DNA from: an uncultured Rickettsiales bacterium
GTDB lineage: Bacteria > Pseudomonadota > Alphaproteobacteria > Rickettsiales > CAZNNM01
Assembly: GCA_964574415.1 (NCBI GenBank)
Contig: CAZNNM010000004.1
Location: 103,459 to 167,458, forward strand
Reading direction: 5' to 3'
Length of the DNA stretch: 64,000 nt
The translations under genes and the position numbers were made by a program. The notes beneath the pieces are model-generated. The model saw nothing but the letters and a program-made list of their open reading frames with translations. It made no database searches and was not told where the DNA came from. Shown piece by piece: positions 1 through 8,309 of this stretch. Position 1 is the stretch's first letter, and the number at the start of each line of letters is the position of its first letter.

Positions 1-99
1 TGCCCAAGCTTGGTGAGACCTACAACGCATGAACCGTCCTATGGCTAGGCGCGGTGATGTGTTGTATGGTTTATCACTGCCTGGCCCCAATGTATTTTC

Positions 100-657
100 A
101 TGTTAGCACTTCTAAATTCTATCTGGTTGGTCACGATTGCGGAAATCGGAGATAAAACCCAATTACTTGCCATTTTTCTTGCAGCACGGTTTAAAAAACC
201 TGTGCCGATTATCTGGGGCGTATTGCTGGCGACATTGCTCAATCACAGCATTGCAGCCTATGGCGGGCGCTGGGTGGCGGTTTTTTTGAATGATGATGTA
301 TTGTCTATTATTGTTGGGGTGCTGTTTATTATGGTCGGTATCTGGGCATTAATTCCTGATGATGATCATTTCTCTTTGAAAGAGGGGAGTAGCAGTGCAT
401 TTTCCACCAGTTTCATTGCCTTCTTCCTAGCCGAAAACGGTGATAAAACCCAGTTGGCAACGATTACGCTTGGGGCGGAATATAATGCTGTATTGCTAGT
501 GATTCTGGGTACAACGATTGGCATGATGATTGCCAATATACCTGCTGTACTCCTCGGCCAGAAACTCCTCAACCACCTTTCCCTTAAAACCATCCGGATG
601 ATGGCGGCGGTGAGTTTTATTGTGTGTGGTGTATGGAAGCTGTTAGAGGTGGTGTAA
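100..657 (+). CDS. UPF0016/GDT1-family cation (Mn2+/Ca2+) transporter
   Basis: Polytopic 185-aa ORF with the duplicated family signature ExGDKT (EIGDKTQL in the N-half, ENGDKTQL in the C-half). Confidence 0.8.
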   Translation: MLALLNSIWLVTIAEIGDKTQLLAIFLAARFKKPVPIIWGVLLATLLNHSIAAYGGRWVAVFLNDDVLSIIVGVLFIMVGIWALIPDDDHFSLKEGSSSAFSTSFIAFFLAENGDKTQLATITLGAEYNAVLLVILGTTIGMMIANIPAVLLGQKLLNHLSLKTIRMMAAVSFIVCGVWKLLEVV

Positions 658-709
658 GGGAAGTGGGGGGCTAAGGGGTATACTTGCCCTAGCCCCTAGT
701 CCCCAATCC

Positions 710-1699
710 CTAATAATACGTCAACTCCCGCACTTTCCCCCAAAACACCCTATACGCATAGATAGTATAACCAATAATACACGGCAACACCACGAGCGCG
801 CCGATGAGGATGATGAGGAGGGATTCGGGTGCGCTGGCGGCTTCCCAGATGGTGATACGATCTGGCACAACATAAGGATAGAAGCTATAAGCAAGCCCAT
901 GGAAGCCCAAGATGAACAGGAGCATGCCGCCAATCAGCGGCAGGCCGCTATAGCGGTCTTGCTGTGTTGGCAGGCGGCGGAGCAGGTATTCTAAGCCTAG
1001 AATCACCACGCCTGTCACCAGCGGAATCGGCGCCAGCAAGAAGATATTGGGGAAGCTAAACCACTTCTCGAATATCCGTTCGCTGACCAGTGGAGTAGCC
1101 AATGAAACTACTGCCATGCCAAGTGTTGTAAACCATAAACAGAACCGCGCCCAGCGCACGGCTTTTTTCTGCAATTCATGCTCGGTTTTAAGAATCAACC
1201 AGCCTGCGCCTAAAAAGGCATAGCCTGCGGCTAAGCAGATGCCTACGAGTAGAGAGAAGGCGATATGCAGTGGCGTATGGCTGAAGCCTACAATATAGGA
1301 GCCAAGCATATAGCCTTGCGCGAGTGATGTCAGCAGCGAGCCGCCCATAAACACGCGATCCCATAAATGCTTATGATGCGCACGGGCTTTAGCGCGGAAA
1401 TCGAAGGCTACTCCGCGTAAAATCAGCCCTGCTAGCATAATCGCTACAGGCAAATAGAGCGCAGTGAGGATGACGCCATGTGCTATCGGAAATGCCACCA
1501 GCAAGAGGCCAATCCCTAATACCAGCCAGGTTTCATTGGCATCCCAGAAGGGGCCGATGGAGGCTATCATCAGGTCTTTCTCTTCTGGTGTTGCACGGCT
1601 CATGAGAATGCCAACGCCAAGGTCATAGCCATCCAGCACCACATAAATCAGTATCGAAAGCCCCATTAAGAGCATGAAAATAAGCGGTAGATATTCCAT
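710..1699 (-). CDS. cydB: Cytochrome bd-type quinol oxidase subunit II
   Basis: N-terminus MEYLPLIFMLLMGLSILIYVVLDGYDLGVGIL is the typical CydB start. Polytopic, and its start overlaps the cydA stop by 1 nt. Confidence 0.9.
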   Translation of the reverse strand: MEYLPLIFMLLMGLSILIYVVLDGYDLGVGILMSRATPEEKDLMIASIGPFWDANETWLVLGIGLLLVAFPIAHGVILTALYLPVAIMLAGLILRGVAFDFRAKARAHHKHLWDRVFMGGSLLTSLAQGYMLGSYIVGFSHTPLHIAFSLLVGICLAAGYAFLGAGWLILKTEHELQKKAVRWARFCLWFTTLGMAVVSLATPLVSERIFEKWFSFPNIFLLAPIPLVTGVVILGLEYLLRRLPTQQDRYSGLPLIGGMLLFILGFHGLAYSFYPYVVPDRITIWEAASAPESLLIILIGALVVLPCIIGYTIYAYRVFWGKVRELTYY

Positions 1700-3003
1700 T
1701 ATTGTGCCTCCTTCGCCCGTTTGCGCGCCATGTAGAACAGCACGGAAATAAAGGCGATAATCAGTAATACATAGAGAGTAAGATACATAATCAGCGTCGT
1801 GCCAATCATCGTAGCCGGAACGTTAGACGCTGCCTCTTTGACCGTCAGTACTCCATAGACTAACCAAGGCTGGCGACCAATTTCGGTGGTATACCAGCCA
1901 GCAAGCGTGGCAATCCAGCCTGAAAATGTCATTGCCACCAAGAAGAGGCCAAATCCTAGGCCAGGTTGGTTATGCTTGCGTAATTTCCATACGCCAAACC
2001 AGGCGGTGAGGAGCATAAGAATACCCACGCCCACCATAATACGGAAGGCAAAGAACACGGCCGGAACAGGCGGATGGTTACCCTCAAATTCATTAAGGCC
2101 TTTGATTTCACCCTCCATATCATGCGTCAGTATCAGGCTTGCCATTTTGGGTATGCCGATGGCGTAATCATTGCGGCGCGTTTCAGGGTTTGGCACAGCA
2201 AAGATGAGCATAGGTGCGCCGCGCTCTGTCTCCCAAATGCCCTCCATCGCGGCCACTTTAGCGGGTTGATGTTTGAGCGTATTAAGACCATGCAAATCAC
2301 CCACGAAGATTTGCAGCGGGATAAGGAATGCTGCCAGATAAACCCCCGTTTTCATCGCTGTCATTACATCCGGCTTGCGGTCACCTTTCAGCCAGCGATA
2401 GGCCGATATACCTGCAATCAGAAAAGCAGCAGTGAGGCCAGAGGCAATGAGCATATGGATAATGCGGTAAGGCATAGACGGGTTAAAGAGAATGGCGAGC
2501 CAATCCGTCGCATGGGCTTTGCCGTCAATCATCTCAAACCCAACCGGCGTTTGCATCCAGGAATTCAGCACTAGAATCCAGAAGGCCGAAAGCGTCGTGC
2601 CACCGGCAACCAGAATTGTAGCTAATGTATGCATACGATTGGGGACTTTGTTAAACCCAAAGAGCATAATCGCTAAGAAGGTCGCCTCCAAGAAGAACGC
2701 CGTCAGCACTTCATAGGCCAAAAGCGGGCCAGCAATATTGCCGACTTTCTCCATAAATCCAGGCCAGTTCGTGCCGAATTGGAAGGACATGGTTACCCCA
2801 CTCACTACACCAAGCGCAAAGCACAGCGCGAACACCTTCACCCAGAACCGGTATGCATCCATCCAGGCCATATTCTGGGTGCGGTTATAGCGGAGCTTAA
2901 AATACAGCAACACCCATGCCAGTGCGATGGTGATGGTAGGGAAGAGGATGTGGAAAGTGATATTGGCGGCGAATTGAATACGGGCCAACATAATTGCGTC
3001 CAT
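1699..3003 (-). CDS. cydA: Cytochrome bd-type quinol oxidase subunit I (short Q-loop, CIO-like length)
   Basis: MDAIMLARIQFAANITFHILFPTITIALAW... matches the conserved CydA N-terminus. At 434 aa it is the short-Q-loop size class. Confidence 0.9.
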   Translation of the reverse strand: MDAIMLARIQFAANITFHILFPTITIALAWVLLYFKLRYNRTQNMAWMDAYRFWVKVFALCFALGVVSGVTMSFQFGTNWPGFMEKVGNIAGPLLAYEVLTAFFLEATFLAIMLFGFNKVPNRMHTLATILVAGGTTLSAFWILVLNSWMQTPVGFEMIDGKAHATDWLAILFNPSMPYRIIHMLIASGLTAAFLIAGISAYRWLKGDRKPDVMTAMKTGVYLAAFLIPLQIFVGDLHGLNTLKHQPAKVAAMEGIWETERGAPMLIFAVPNPETRRNDYAIGIPKMASLILTHDMEGEIKGLNEFEGNHPPVPAVFFAFRIMVGVGILMLLTAWFGVWKLRKHNQPGLGFGLFLVAMTFSGWIATLAGWYTTEIGRQPWLVYGVLTVKEAASNVPATMIGTTLIMYLTLYVLLIIAFISVLFYMARKRAKEAQ

Positions 3004-3036
3004 GGTGTGTACTCCTTTTGGGTATAATTATAGTAT

Positions 3037-3160
3037 TGTCATACCAGCGTAGGCTGGTATCCAGTCATATACTTGTGAGCGTAGAGAACACATAATGTAA
3101 TAGAGCGTTCGCTGTGTGCACCTGTTGGATAACTGGATTCCAGCCTCCGCTGGAATGACG
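3037..3160. repeat. Palindromic element family PE-1 (GTCAT[AT]CCAGCGTAGGCTGG[AT]ATCCAG ... CTGGATYCCAGCCTYCGCTGGRATGAC)
   Basis: Full copy between the gbsR-like gene and cydA. Terminal hairpin modules plus a central GTGAGCGTAG..CGTTCGCT palindrome. Confidence 0.85.
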
Positions 3161-3175
3161 AGTGGTTCGATCGTC

Positions 3176-3733
3176 TCATTTCTTATTCCCAGGAAACGAC
3201 TTTATCTTATCTTTCAATGCATAAAGCCGGTATACCTTTTCGCCCATTTTGAGTAGATGCACCAGGCGTTCGGTTTCCATTTTTTGCATGTCTTGATACC
3301 AATTGGTGAGCATTTCGATGAGGTCGTGCATTTCTTGCATACGGTGTTGTGCGTAGCGCTCTTCATCGCTGGATGGCCGCTCCAGCAGAATATCGCGCAG
3401 CATGGAGAGGGTAGGGTCGATTTCCCGTTTTTTGCGTTCTTCTACTAAAGTGCGGACGATTTCCCAGATATTATCCGGCGTGGTAAAATAATCCCGCCGA
3501 TCCCCTGGCAAATGCTGATGGCGCACCAGATGCCATGCTTCTAATTCTTTGATCCCCATGCTCACATTCGAGCGCGAGAAGCCCAAAGTCTCCGCAATCT
3601 CCTCCGCATTGAGCGGGCGTTCAGACACATACAGCAATGCATACATCTGCCCCACCGTCCGGTTAATCCCCCACCGGCTTCCCATCTCACCAAAATGGAG
3701 TACGAAAGTTTGTAAGAGTGGGGAGAGTTGCAT
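3176..3733 (-). CDS. GbsR/MarR-family winged-helix transcriptional regulator
   Basis: GEMGSRWGINRTVGQMYALLYVSERPLNAEEIAETLGFSRSNVSMGIKELEAWHLV is a GbsR-type wHTH. Same strand and directly upstream of cydAB. Confidence 0.7.
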   Translation of the reverse strand: MQLSPLLQTFVLHFGEMGSRWGINRTVGQMYALLYVSERPLNAEEIAETLGFSRSNVSMGIKELEAWHLVRHQHLPGDRRDYFTTPDNIWEIVRTLVEERKKREIDPTLSMLRDILLERPSSDEERYAQHRMQEMHDLIEMLTNWYQDMQKMETERLVHLLKMGEKVYRLYALKDKIKSFPGNKK

Positions 3734-3795
3734 AGTAGTTTTCCTAATTTCAGTAATTTCTGAAATTACTATAATTCATGTAGAGAGGGAAGTCA

Positions 3796-3917
3796 AGAGA
3801 GGGCAGGATGCGGCATTCAGGATTCAGGGATTGGTGTTATTTTTAATTTACAGTTGGATAATTGTTCATTGCTCCAATACTAATCCTCTGAATCCTGAAT
3901 GCCGCATCCTGCCCTCT
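3796..3917. repeat. Inverted-repeat element family PE-6 (AGAGAGGGCAGGATGCGGCATTCAGGATTCAGGG ... CTCTGAATCCTGAATGCCGCATCCTGCCCTCT), empty form
   Basis: ~33-bp arms facing each other across ~55 bp, between the gbsR-like and plsC-like genes. Confidence 0.85.
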
Positions 3918-3991
3918 AACTGTTAATTCTTTATTAATAGTTAATATGTAAAATAATATAATGAGACAACAGATAGATAGACAGATGTAAA

Positions 3992-4708
3992 ATGAAAGAA
4001 CTGCATGGCAATGACCTTTCTTCCGGTCTTATAGACCTCTTCCTCCACCATTACACACGCCTACTGGCAAAAATGCAGCGGTTCTACCGTAAGCATGTAG
4101 GAATTGAGCCATTCTTCCGCACATTAGCGCGGTGGATGATTAAGACGCTTTACCGTGTTGATATGCGGGGATTTGAGCAGATTCCGACAACGGGTGGGGC
4201 GTTATTGATCGCTAACCATGTGTCTTATATGGATGGGGTGGTGATCCAAGCGGCATGTTCACGGCCGATACGGTTTGTGATTGATAAGGATATATATAAC
4301 CTGCCTGGCATCAATTTCTTCATGGTGCATAACGGAGCTATTCCGATTGCGCCCACCAAAGAGGATGTGACCAAGGCATTAGACGATATTGCGCAAGGCC
4401 TACAAGAAGGGGATTTGATCTGTATTTTCCCCGAAGGCCAATTGACCTATACAGGGCATTTGGGCCGTTTTAAGCCAGGGGTGGAGTGGATTATCAGCCG
4501 CAGCCCTGTGCCAGTCTATCCGATTGCACTGAAAGGTCTATGGGGTAGCTTCTTAAGCCGTAAATACCGCAAAGAAAAATACCACGGTTTCATGAAAGAA
4601 AAACTGCGCCGGAAAGTATCGGTGCGCTGTGGAGAGGTGATCAATCCTGCCAAAGTGAGCATTGATTCCCTGCAACGAGTGATTTTAAGCTTATTACGTA
4701 AGCCATAA
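3992..4708 (+). CDS. PlsC-family lysophospholipid/1-acylglycerol-3-phosphate acyltransferase
   Basis: HX4D acyltransferase motif (ANHVSYMDGV) and the downstream FPEG motif (IFPEGQLTYTG). Confidence 0.75.
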   Translation: MKELHGNDLSSGLIDLFLHHYTRLLAKMQRFYRKHVGIEPFFRTLARWMIKTLYRVDMRGFEQIPTTGGALLIANHVSYMDGVVIQAACSRPIRFVIDKDIYNLPGINFFMVHNGAIPIAPTKEDVTKALDDIAQGLQEGDLICIFPEGQLTYTGHLGRFKPGVEWIISRSPVPVYPIALKGLWGSFLSRKYRKEKYHGFMKEKLRRKVSVRCGEVINPAKVSIDSLQRVILSLLRKP

Positions 4709-4724
4709 TTTAGGGAGAGGTGCT

Positions 4725-5252
4725 ATGGTTAAACCGAAGGGGTTTTCTGTTACGTATGAAGATCATCAAGCTGCTTCGGCGCTTGCAAAATCTGTTGTAG
4801 TGCAGGTTGTCCAGCGTGCAAATCCGCAGGCGTCGATTACATTTCCAGAAGGTATTGAAAATAGCGAATTGGGAGAAGTATATCTGGCAATGAAATTAGA
4901 TTTGCTAGATTTCCAGCGCAAAGCAAAGCGCCATTTAGGAAATGCCTCTGAAGAGAAAATCAAGAATGACTTAGAGCATAGCTTAGTAGAAGGCCTAAAG
5001 CCACTCGCAAAAGGGCCGCATAAGGGATATCACAGAGCGGATTATGTCACCATAGAGATGGAAAATGATGCGGTGATTAAGCAATCTATTTCTAAAGGCT
5101 ATAAACGCTCTAAAGGGGAAATGGGTACGGAAAGCAAAGGCAATTCAGGCCTGCAAGCAACGTCGGATATGCGGTTGTCTACGGAAACAGCCGTAGAGCG
5201 TGTGAAGCAGAAAAAAGAACAACAAGCAGCTCAGCCTGTCGCGGGGCGTTAG
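4725..5252 (+). CDS. Hypothetical protein (charged, no recognised domain)
   Basis: Uninterrupted 175-aa ORF 17 nt after the plsC-like gene, preceded by GGGAGAGG. No motif recognised. Confidence 0.4.
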   Translation: MVKPKGFSVTYEDHQAASALAKSVVVQVVQRANPQASITFPEGIENSELGEVYLAMKLDLLDFQRKAKRHLGNASEEKIKNDLEHSLVEGLKPLAKGPHKGYHRADYVTIEMENDAVIKQSISKGYKRSKGEMGTESKGNSGLQATSDMRLSTETAVERVKQKKEQQAAQPVAGR

Positions 5253-5296
5253 GTTGTGCTGTGATTGGCGCTGATACCATAGAATCTTGCTCTGCC

Positions 5297-5327
5297 GTCA
5301 TCGCGAGCGTAAGCACGGCGATCCAGG
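5297..5327. repeat. PE-2 half copy
   Basis: GTCATCGCGAGCGTAAGCACGGCGATCCAGG only. No right arm. Confidence 0.6.
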
Positions 5328-5360
5328 GGCTGATATAAAGGGCAGGACCCTGTTTTTTCG

Positions 5361-5586
5361 TGTCATTCACCGACTTGATAGGCGGTACTGACTCATTTTG
5401 AAATTTTGGTTATTTTTCAAGTTTTGTCATCCTTGGACTTGATCCAAGGATCCATCCTAACAATACAGCAAGAATAGGGCTTAGAAGGGCTTTATGTTTT
5501 GGATGGATTCTTGGATCAAGTCCAAGAATGACAACAATGATTTCAAAATGAGTCAGTGCCGCCTATCAAGTCGGCGTATGACAAGA
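5361..5586. repeat. Palindromic element family PE-5 (TGTCATTCACCGACTTGATAGGCGG ... CCGCCTATCAAGTCGGCGTATGACAAG), interrupted by PE-4
   Basis: The arms plus TACTGACTCATTTTGAAAT / ATTTCAAAATGAGTCAGTG form one long inverted repeat split by the 110-bp PE-4. Confidence 0.8.
5425..5534. repeat. Palindromic element family PE-4 (TGTCATYCTTGGACTTGATCCAAGRATCCATC ... GGATGGATYCTTGGATCAAGTCCAAGRATGACA), nested inside a PE-5 copy
   Basis: Full copy. Both arms are hairpins. Confidence 0.85.
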
Positions 5587-5637
5587 GCAAGAGTCATACA
5601 GCAATGCTGATTTGATCAGCGCATGGCGGAACCAAAC

Positions 5638-6495
5638 CTACGCCGTCACTTCCTCAACATAATCATCATAAAGCTTCATCAACTTACATGTCACCTCGCG
5701 TGGGTGGCCGTTGCTGATGACGGTGCTATCGATTTGCACAACCGGAATCACGCCTTGCGTTGTGCTGGTGAGGAAGGCTTCTGCTGCATTTTTAGCCTCT
5801 TCCACCGTATACGGGCGCTCTTCCACCTTCAACCCATGCGCACGGGCGAGGCGTAGCACGGTTTGACGGGTGATACCACCGAGGATGTTTTCATTGGCCG
5901 GATGCGTCACAATCACCCCTTTATCGGTGATAATATAGCTATTGGTCGATGAACCTTCGGTCACAAACCCTTCATCATTGACCAGCCATGTCTCCTGCAC
6001 CTTGGCTTCCACCGCTGCTTGTTTCGCCAGAATATTCGGCAGTAGCGCAATGCTCTTAATATCCTTACGCGCCCAGCGTAAATCACGATGGGTAATCACA
6101 TGGATACCATTCTCACGTGCAGTTGGTGAAGGTGGCTTAGCGCCAAGCAGAGTCATCACCACAGAAGGTGCTGCATCCTTAGGGAAGGGATGGTTACGCT
6201 TGGCAACACCACGGCTGATTTGGATATAAAGCGAATCGTCTTTGCTACGGTTTTTACGCAGCAATTCCTTAATAATAATCTTAAGCGCTGCACGAGACAT
6301 AGGCTCTGCAATCGAAAGCTCCCGGAGCGACCGCTCCAACCGCTCCAAATGCGGTTCACCATCGATCATTATGCCATTCTTAACAGCAATAACTTCATAA
6401 ACCCCATCCGCAAATTGATAACCACGGTCTTCAATATGGACGGCAGCTTGGGAGTGGGGAAGGTAAGATCCGTTGACGTAGGAGATTTGGGGCAT
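5638..6495 (-). CDS. dat: Class IV aminotransferase, D-amino-acid (D-alanine) aminotransferase-like
   Basis: YVNGSYLPHSQAAVHIEDRGYQFADGVYEVIAVKNG...HLERLERS is typical of fold-type IV Dat/IlvE. The length of 285 aa fits Dat. Confidence 0.8.
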   Translation of the reverse strand: MPQISYVNGSYLPHSQAAVHIEDRGYQFADGVYEVIAVKNGIMIDGEPHLERLERSLRELSIAEPMSRAALKIIIKELLRKNRSKDDSLYIQISRGVAKRNHPFPKDAAPSVVMTLLGAKPPSPTARENGIHVITHRDLRWARKDIKSIALLPNILAKQAAVEAKVQETWLVNDEGFVTEGSSTNSYIITDKGVIVTHPANENILGGITRQTVLRLARAHGLKVEERPYTVEEAKNAAEAFLTSTTQGVIPVVQIDSTVISNGHPREVTCKLMKLYDDYVEEVTA

Positions 6496-6499
6496 GTTA

Positions 6500-6530
6500 G
6501 CATTCAGGATTCGGGATTCAGGATTCAGAG
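6500..6530. repeat. PE-6 arm (left flank of the four-helix-bundle gene)
   Basis: GCATTCAGGATTCGGGATTCAGGATTCAGAG. Encodes the last codons and stop of the ORF on the minus strand. Confidence 0.75.
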
Positions 6531-6892
6531 TTTAGCTTTTTTTCTAAGCCTTTAATTAAACCATTTAACATGCGTCCAATCTCAGCGGTTTTCATAAGCA
6601 TCTGCTCTTGTATTTCAGGGGTAATATAGCGTAATTTTTCTGCAATAATCAACTGTGTTTCTAGCTCGGCTAACGAGCCATAAGAGATAGAAAGAAAGCG
6701 AAGGTAATCGCGAGTGCTACGTTTAGATCGTCCTTCGGCAATATTCGAGGGGATAGAAATAGCGGCACGGCGCATTTGCGCGGTTAGCCCATATGCCTCT
6801 TCTTTAGGGAATATCTGTGTAATATTATAAATATATGTTACAAAATCTATGGATTTCTGCCACACAGCAAGCTTTTGATAGCTCTCTATCAT
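6518..6892 (-). CDS. Four-helix-bundle protein (23S rRNA intervening-sequence protein family)
   Basis: KLAVWQKSIDFVTYIY...EEAYGLTAQMRRAAISIPSNIAEGRSKRSTRDYLRFLSISYGSLAELETQL is the hallmark motif set of this family. Flanked by inverted repeats. Confidence 0.85.
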   Translation of the reverse strand: MIESYQKLAVWQKSIDFVTYIYNITQIFPKEEAYGLTAQMRRAAISIPSNIAEGRSKRSTRDYLRFLSISYGSLAELETQLIIAEKLRYITPEIQEQMLMKTAEIGRMLNGLIKGLEKKLNSES

Positions 6893-6897
6893 CTATA

Positions 6898-6931
6898 CCC
6901 CCTGAATCCTGAATGCCGAATCCTGCTCTCT
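6898..6931. repeat. PE-6 arm (right flank of the four-helix-bundle gene)
   Basis: CCCCTGAATCCTGAATGCCGAATCCTGCTCTCT. Its reverse complement closely matches the left arm of the 3796 copy. Confidence 0.8.
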
Positions 6932-8309
6932 AGAAATACTCAAACTTCACCGCAAATATCTTCTCTACTTTCTTCACCATATTGGCCAAGCTTAGGATAA
7001 TAAGATGGTCGCCGGAATGGATGACGGTATCTTCTTGCGGGATGATGACGTCATTGCGGCGGACGATGGCGCCGATGATGACGCCGTGGGGGAGGTCTAG
7101 TTCTTCGAGGGTTTTGTCTACCAACGGGGAGTTGGAGGTTGCTTCGGCTTCGATAATTTCTGCGGTGCCATCACAAATGGAATGCACAGAGCGGATTTTG
7201 CCTTGGCGGATGTGCTGTAGGATGCTGGATACCGTAATCTCACGCGGTGTCACTGCAACGTCAATCCCTAAGGAAGAGACGAGGGTGGCGTAGGAATTAC
7301 TGTTATTAATAAGCGTAATCACCCGCTTTGCGCCAATCTGTTTGGCAAGCAGGGAGGAGAGGATATTCACCTCATCGTCATTGGTCACCGCAATCAGGGT
7401 TTCGGTGGCGGCGGTATTGACTTCGCGTAGGATCTGATGATCAAGCGCATCGCCGTTAATAACGGTGGTTTTGGTGAGTTGTTCGGCAATAAAACCGGCG
7501 CGCTCTTCATCCACTTCAATGATTTTCAGACGGATATCATCATCTTCTTCTTCCAATTGCTTCGCAAGGAAAAGGCCGATATTCCCACCACCAACGATAA
7601 TCACACGGTGCGCTTCTGATTCCTCATAGCCAAACAACGCCATCACTTGTGGCACATGTTTGGAGGAAGAGACATAATAGACTTCATCGCCGTTGAGCAG
7701 CTGGTCGCGGTCATTAGGGATAATGAAATTCCCATCACGCAAGAAACCCAGTACTTTAGCATCCAGATCAGCCATACGTTCGCGCAGGCGGTAGATCGGG
7801 ATGTTGATCAGCGGGCAATCCAGCGTGCAGCGCACGGCGATTACTTTTACTTTGCCATTGGCATACGGAATCGTATCCATCGCACCTGGCACATGCAGGC
7901 GGTGGTTTACAGCGCGGGCGACTTCTAATTCTGGCGAAATAATCACATCAATGGGCAGATGGTCATGGCGGTAGAGATCGCGCCATTGGGCCTTGGTATA
8001 GTTCTGATGGCGGATACGGGCAATTTTGGTTGGCACGTGGAACAGCGAGTTAGCCACCTGGCACGCCACCATATTCACTTCGTCATGCGCGGTTACGGCG
8101 ATGATCATATCCGCCTCATGCGCACCGGCTTCTTCCAGCACGGTAGGGTGAGAAGCAAAGCCGACTAAGGTTTGCACATCCAGTGTATCGCTTAAGCGGC
8201 GGACGAGTTCGGGTTCTTTGTCAATAACGGTGACATAGTTATCTTCATTTGCCAGGTGATGGGCGATAGACGTGCCCACTTGCCCTGCGCCACAGACGAT
8301 AATACGCAT
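6930..8309 (-). CDS. trkA: Trk potassium uptake system NAD-binding component
   Basis: MRIIVCGAGQVGTSIAHHL Rossmann start, a second RCK/TrkA-N repeat (VIIVGGGNIGLFLAKQL), 459 aa. Confidence 0.9.
   Translation of the reverse strand: MRIIVCGAGQVGTSIAHHLANEDNYVTVIDKEPELVRRLSDTLDVQTLVGFASHPTVLEEAGAHEADMIIAVTAHDEVNMVACQVANSLFHVPTKIARIRHQNYTKAQWRDLYRHDHLPIDVIISPELEVARAVNHRLHVPGAMDTIPYANGKVKVIAVRCTLDCPLINIPIYRLRERMADLDAKVLGFLRDGNFIIPNDRDQLLNGDEVYYVSSSKHVPQVMALFGYEESEAHRVIIVGGGNIGLFLAKQLEEEDDDIRLKIIEVDEERAGFIAEQLTKTTVINGDALDHQILREVNTAATETLIAVTNDDEVNILSSLLAKQIGAKRVITLINNSNSYATLVSSLGIDVAVTPREITVSSILQHIRQGKIRSVHSICDGTAEIIEAEATSNSPLVDKTLEELDLPHGVIIGAIVRRNDVIIPQEDTVIHSGDHLIILSLANMVKKVEKIFAVKFEYF

Noticed and set aside
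1-99. Possible 3' part of a yybP-ykoY (Mn2+) riboswitch upstream of the UPF0016-family transporter gene
   Set aside because: Genes of this family are among those I recall being associated with that riboswitch. Only a weak resemblance (GAGACC-like segment) is visible, and the window edge removes most of any aptamer, so it cannot be supported. An Infernal scan of the extended upstream region would decide.
660-710. GGGGCTAAGGGG / CCCCTAGTCCCCAATCCC motif after the UPF0016 gene, with a similar GTCCCCAATCCCCAG string at ~55893-55935, as a seventh repeat family
   Set aside because: There are only two short, loosely similar occurrences in the window. The first may simply be a terminator-like hairpin between convergent genes, so the evidence is insufficient.
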